64,000 bases of DNA, from positions 72,540,001 to 72,604,000 of the forward strand of contig NC_043003.1 of the NCBI RefSeq assembly GCF_006345805.1, read 5' to 3'. Positions within the stretch are counted from its first letter, which is position 1. The number at the start of each line of letters is the position of its first letter. This stretch comes from Octopus sinensis. Lineage: Eukaryota. A model generated the notes under the pieces. The model did no database searches. It was not told where the DNA came from and saw nothing but the letters and a program-made list of their open reading frames with translations. Shown here piece after piece: positions 63,833 to 64,000 of the stretch. The position numbers and the translations under genes were made by a program.

Positions 63833-64000
63833 GCCAGTGGCACATAGAAAGCACCATCCGATCATGGCCATTGCCAGCCTCGTCCAGCCTTCGTGCCAGT
63901 GGCACATAAAAAGCACCATCCGATCGTGGCCATTGCCAGCCTCGTCCAGCCTTCGTGCCAGTGGCACATAAAAAGCACCATCCGATCATGGCCATTTGCC
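63833..64000 (+). repeat. ~55-bp tandem array related to 54965-55340
   Basis: GTGCCAGTGGCACATAAAAAGCACCATCCGATCGTGGCCATTGCCAGCCTCGTCC repeated; runs off the window edge. Confidence 0.8.

Overview
AT-rich, microsatellite- and transposon-dense animal genomic DNA. The SINE/LINE/Penelope landscape suggests a cephalopod, probably Octopus (inference). One host gene is recognisable: the 3' end of a TBC1D9/TBC1D8-family Rab-GAP on the minus strand, with four phase-compatible exons (58151-58234, 48368-48628, 46258-46355, 45016-45633). The rest is mostly mobile DNA: three tRNA-head SINE families, R4/Dong-type non-LTR elements stacked in (TAA)n, CR1-like, RTE-like and Tigger remnants, a decayed Gypsy provirus, a hAT MITE, a Helitron-like element, and many Penelope-like element (PLE) pieces. 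One PLE of about 4.3 kb has a 1.6-kb partial tandem 3' copy and may be intact. The most notable hidden signal is about ten type-I minimal hammerhead ribozyme (HHR) motifs found by eye. Some lie in PLE 3' regions. Others lie inside non-coding fold-back elements that look like MITEs but appear to be PLE/retrozyme derivatives. One essentially intact HHR lies sense inside a TBC1D9 intron. Most ORFs in the supplied track are simple-repeat artefacts. One 100-N gap is present.
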